From NCBI GenBank assembly GCA_050012475.1, contig JBEKHC010000068.1, forward strand, positions 1 through 28,267: DNA of 28,267 nucleotides, read 5' to 3'. The DNA comes from Candidatus Velthaea sp. GTDB lineage: Bacteria > Vulcanimicrobiota > Vulcanimicrobiia > Vulcanimicrobiales > Vulcanimicrobiaceae. A program made the translations under genes and the position numbers. Of the stretch, positions 28,202-28,267 are shown in pieces; within the stretch, counting starts at the first letter, position 1, and every line of letters starts with the position of its first letter. The notes under the pieces are model-generated. The model ran no database searches. It worked only from the letters and a program-made list of their open reading frames with translations, and was not told where the DNA came from.

Positions 28202-28267
28202 GGCGGCGACATTTCCGCCGGCTCTTCGTTGCGCGAGGGCTCATTTGCCATAGCAAACTTCGCCCTC
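28202..28267 (+). terminator. Possible stem-loops after the ADH gene
   Basis: GGCGG-N8-CCGCC at 28202-28219, and GAGGGC-tca-TTTGC-cata-GCAAA-cttc-GCCCTC at 28235-28267. No U-tract is visible before the window ends. Confidence 0.3.

Overview
GC-rich bacterial chromosomal window; Candidatus Eremiobacterota is a guess from protein style, not proven. From left to right: (1) about 1.7 kb that I read as one end of a Tn7-like transposon (TGT terminus plus 18-20-bp-spaced repeats) inserted in comM/yifB at the ALVGG|G motif, leaving a 5' comM fragment; (2) a c-di-GMP cluster: CHASE-GGDEF-EAL, an EAL remnant and a lower-GC TPR-GGDEF; (3) an S53-type lipoprotein peptidase and an aldo/keto reductase remnant absent from the ORF track; (4) a sugar/polyol ABC transporter with a Tat-exported binding protein; (5) three exported DUF11-type genes whose architecture suggests a donor-strand, possibly isopeptide-linked, surface fibre, with the putative adhesin broken by two frameshifts; (6) a cytoplasmic histidine kinase with an AcoR/MimR-type GAF and a KdpE/OmpR-type regulator, divergent from an ATGA-coupled operon: amidohydrolase, DUF59, catalytically dead tyrosine-recombinase-like protein, Zn alcohol dehydrogenase. 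That operon resembles the accessory half of actinobacterial propane monooxygenase (prm/mim) clusters without the monooxygenase. The best candidates for new biology are the dead recombinase inside this operon and the DUF11 fibre. All family calls come from motif recognition by eye; no searches were run.
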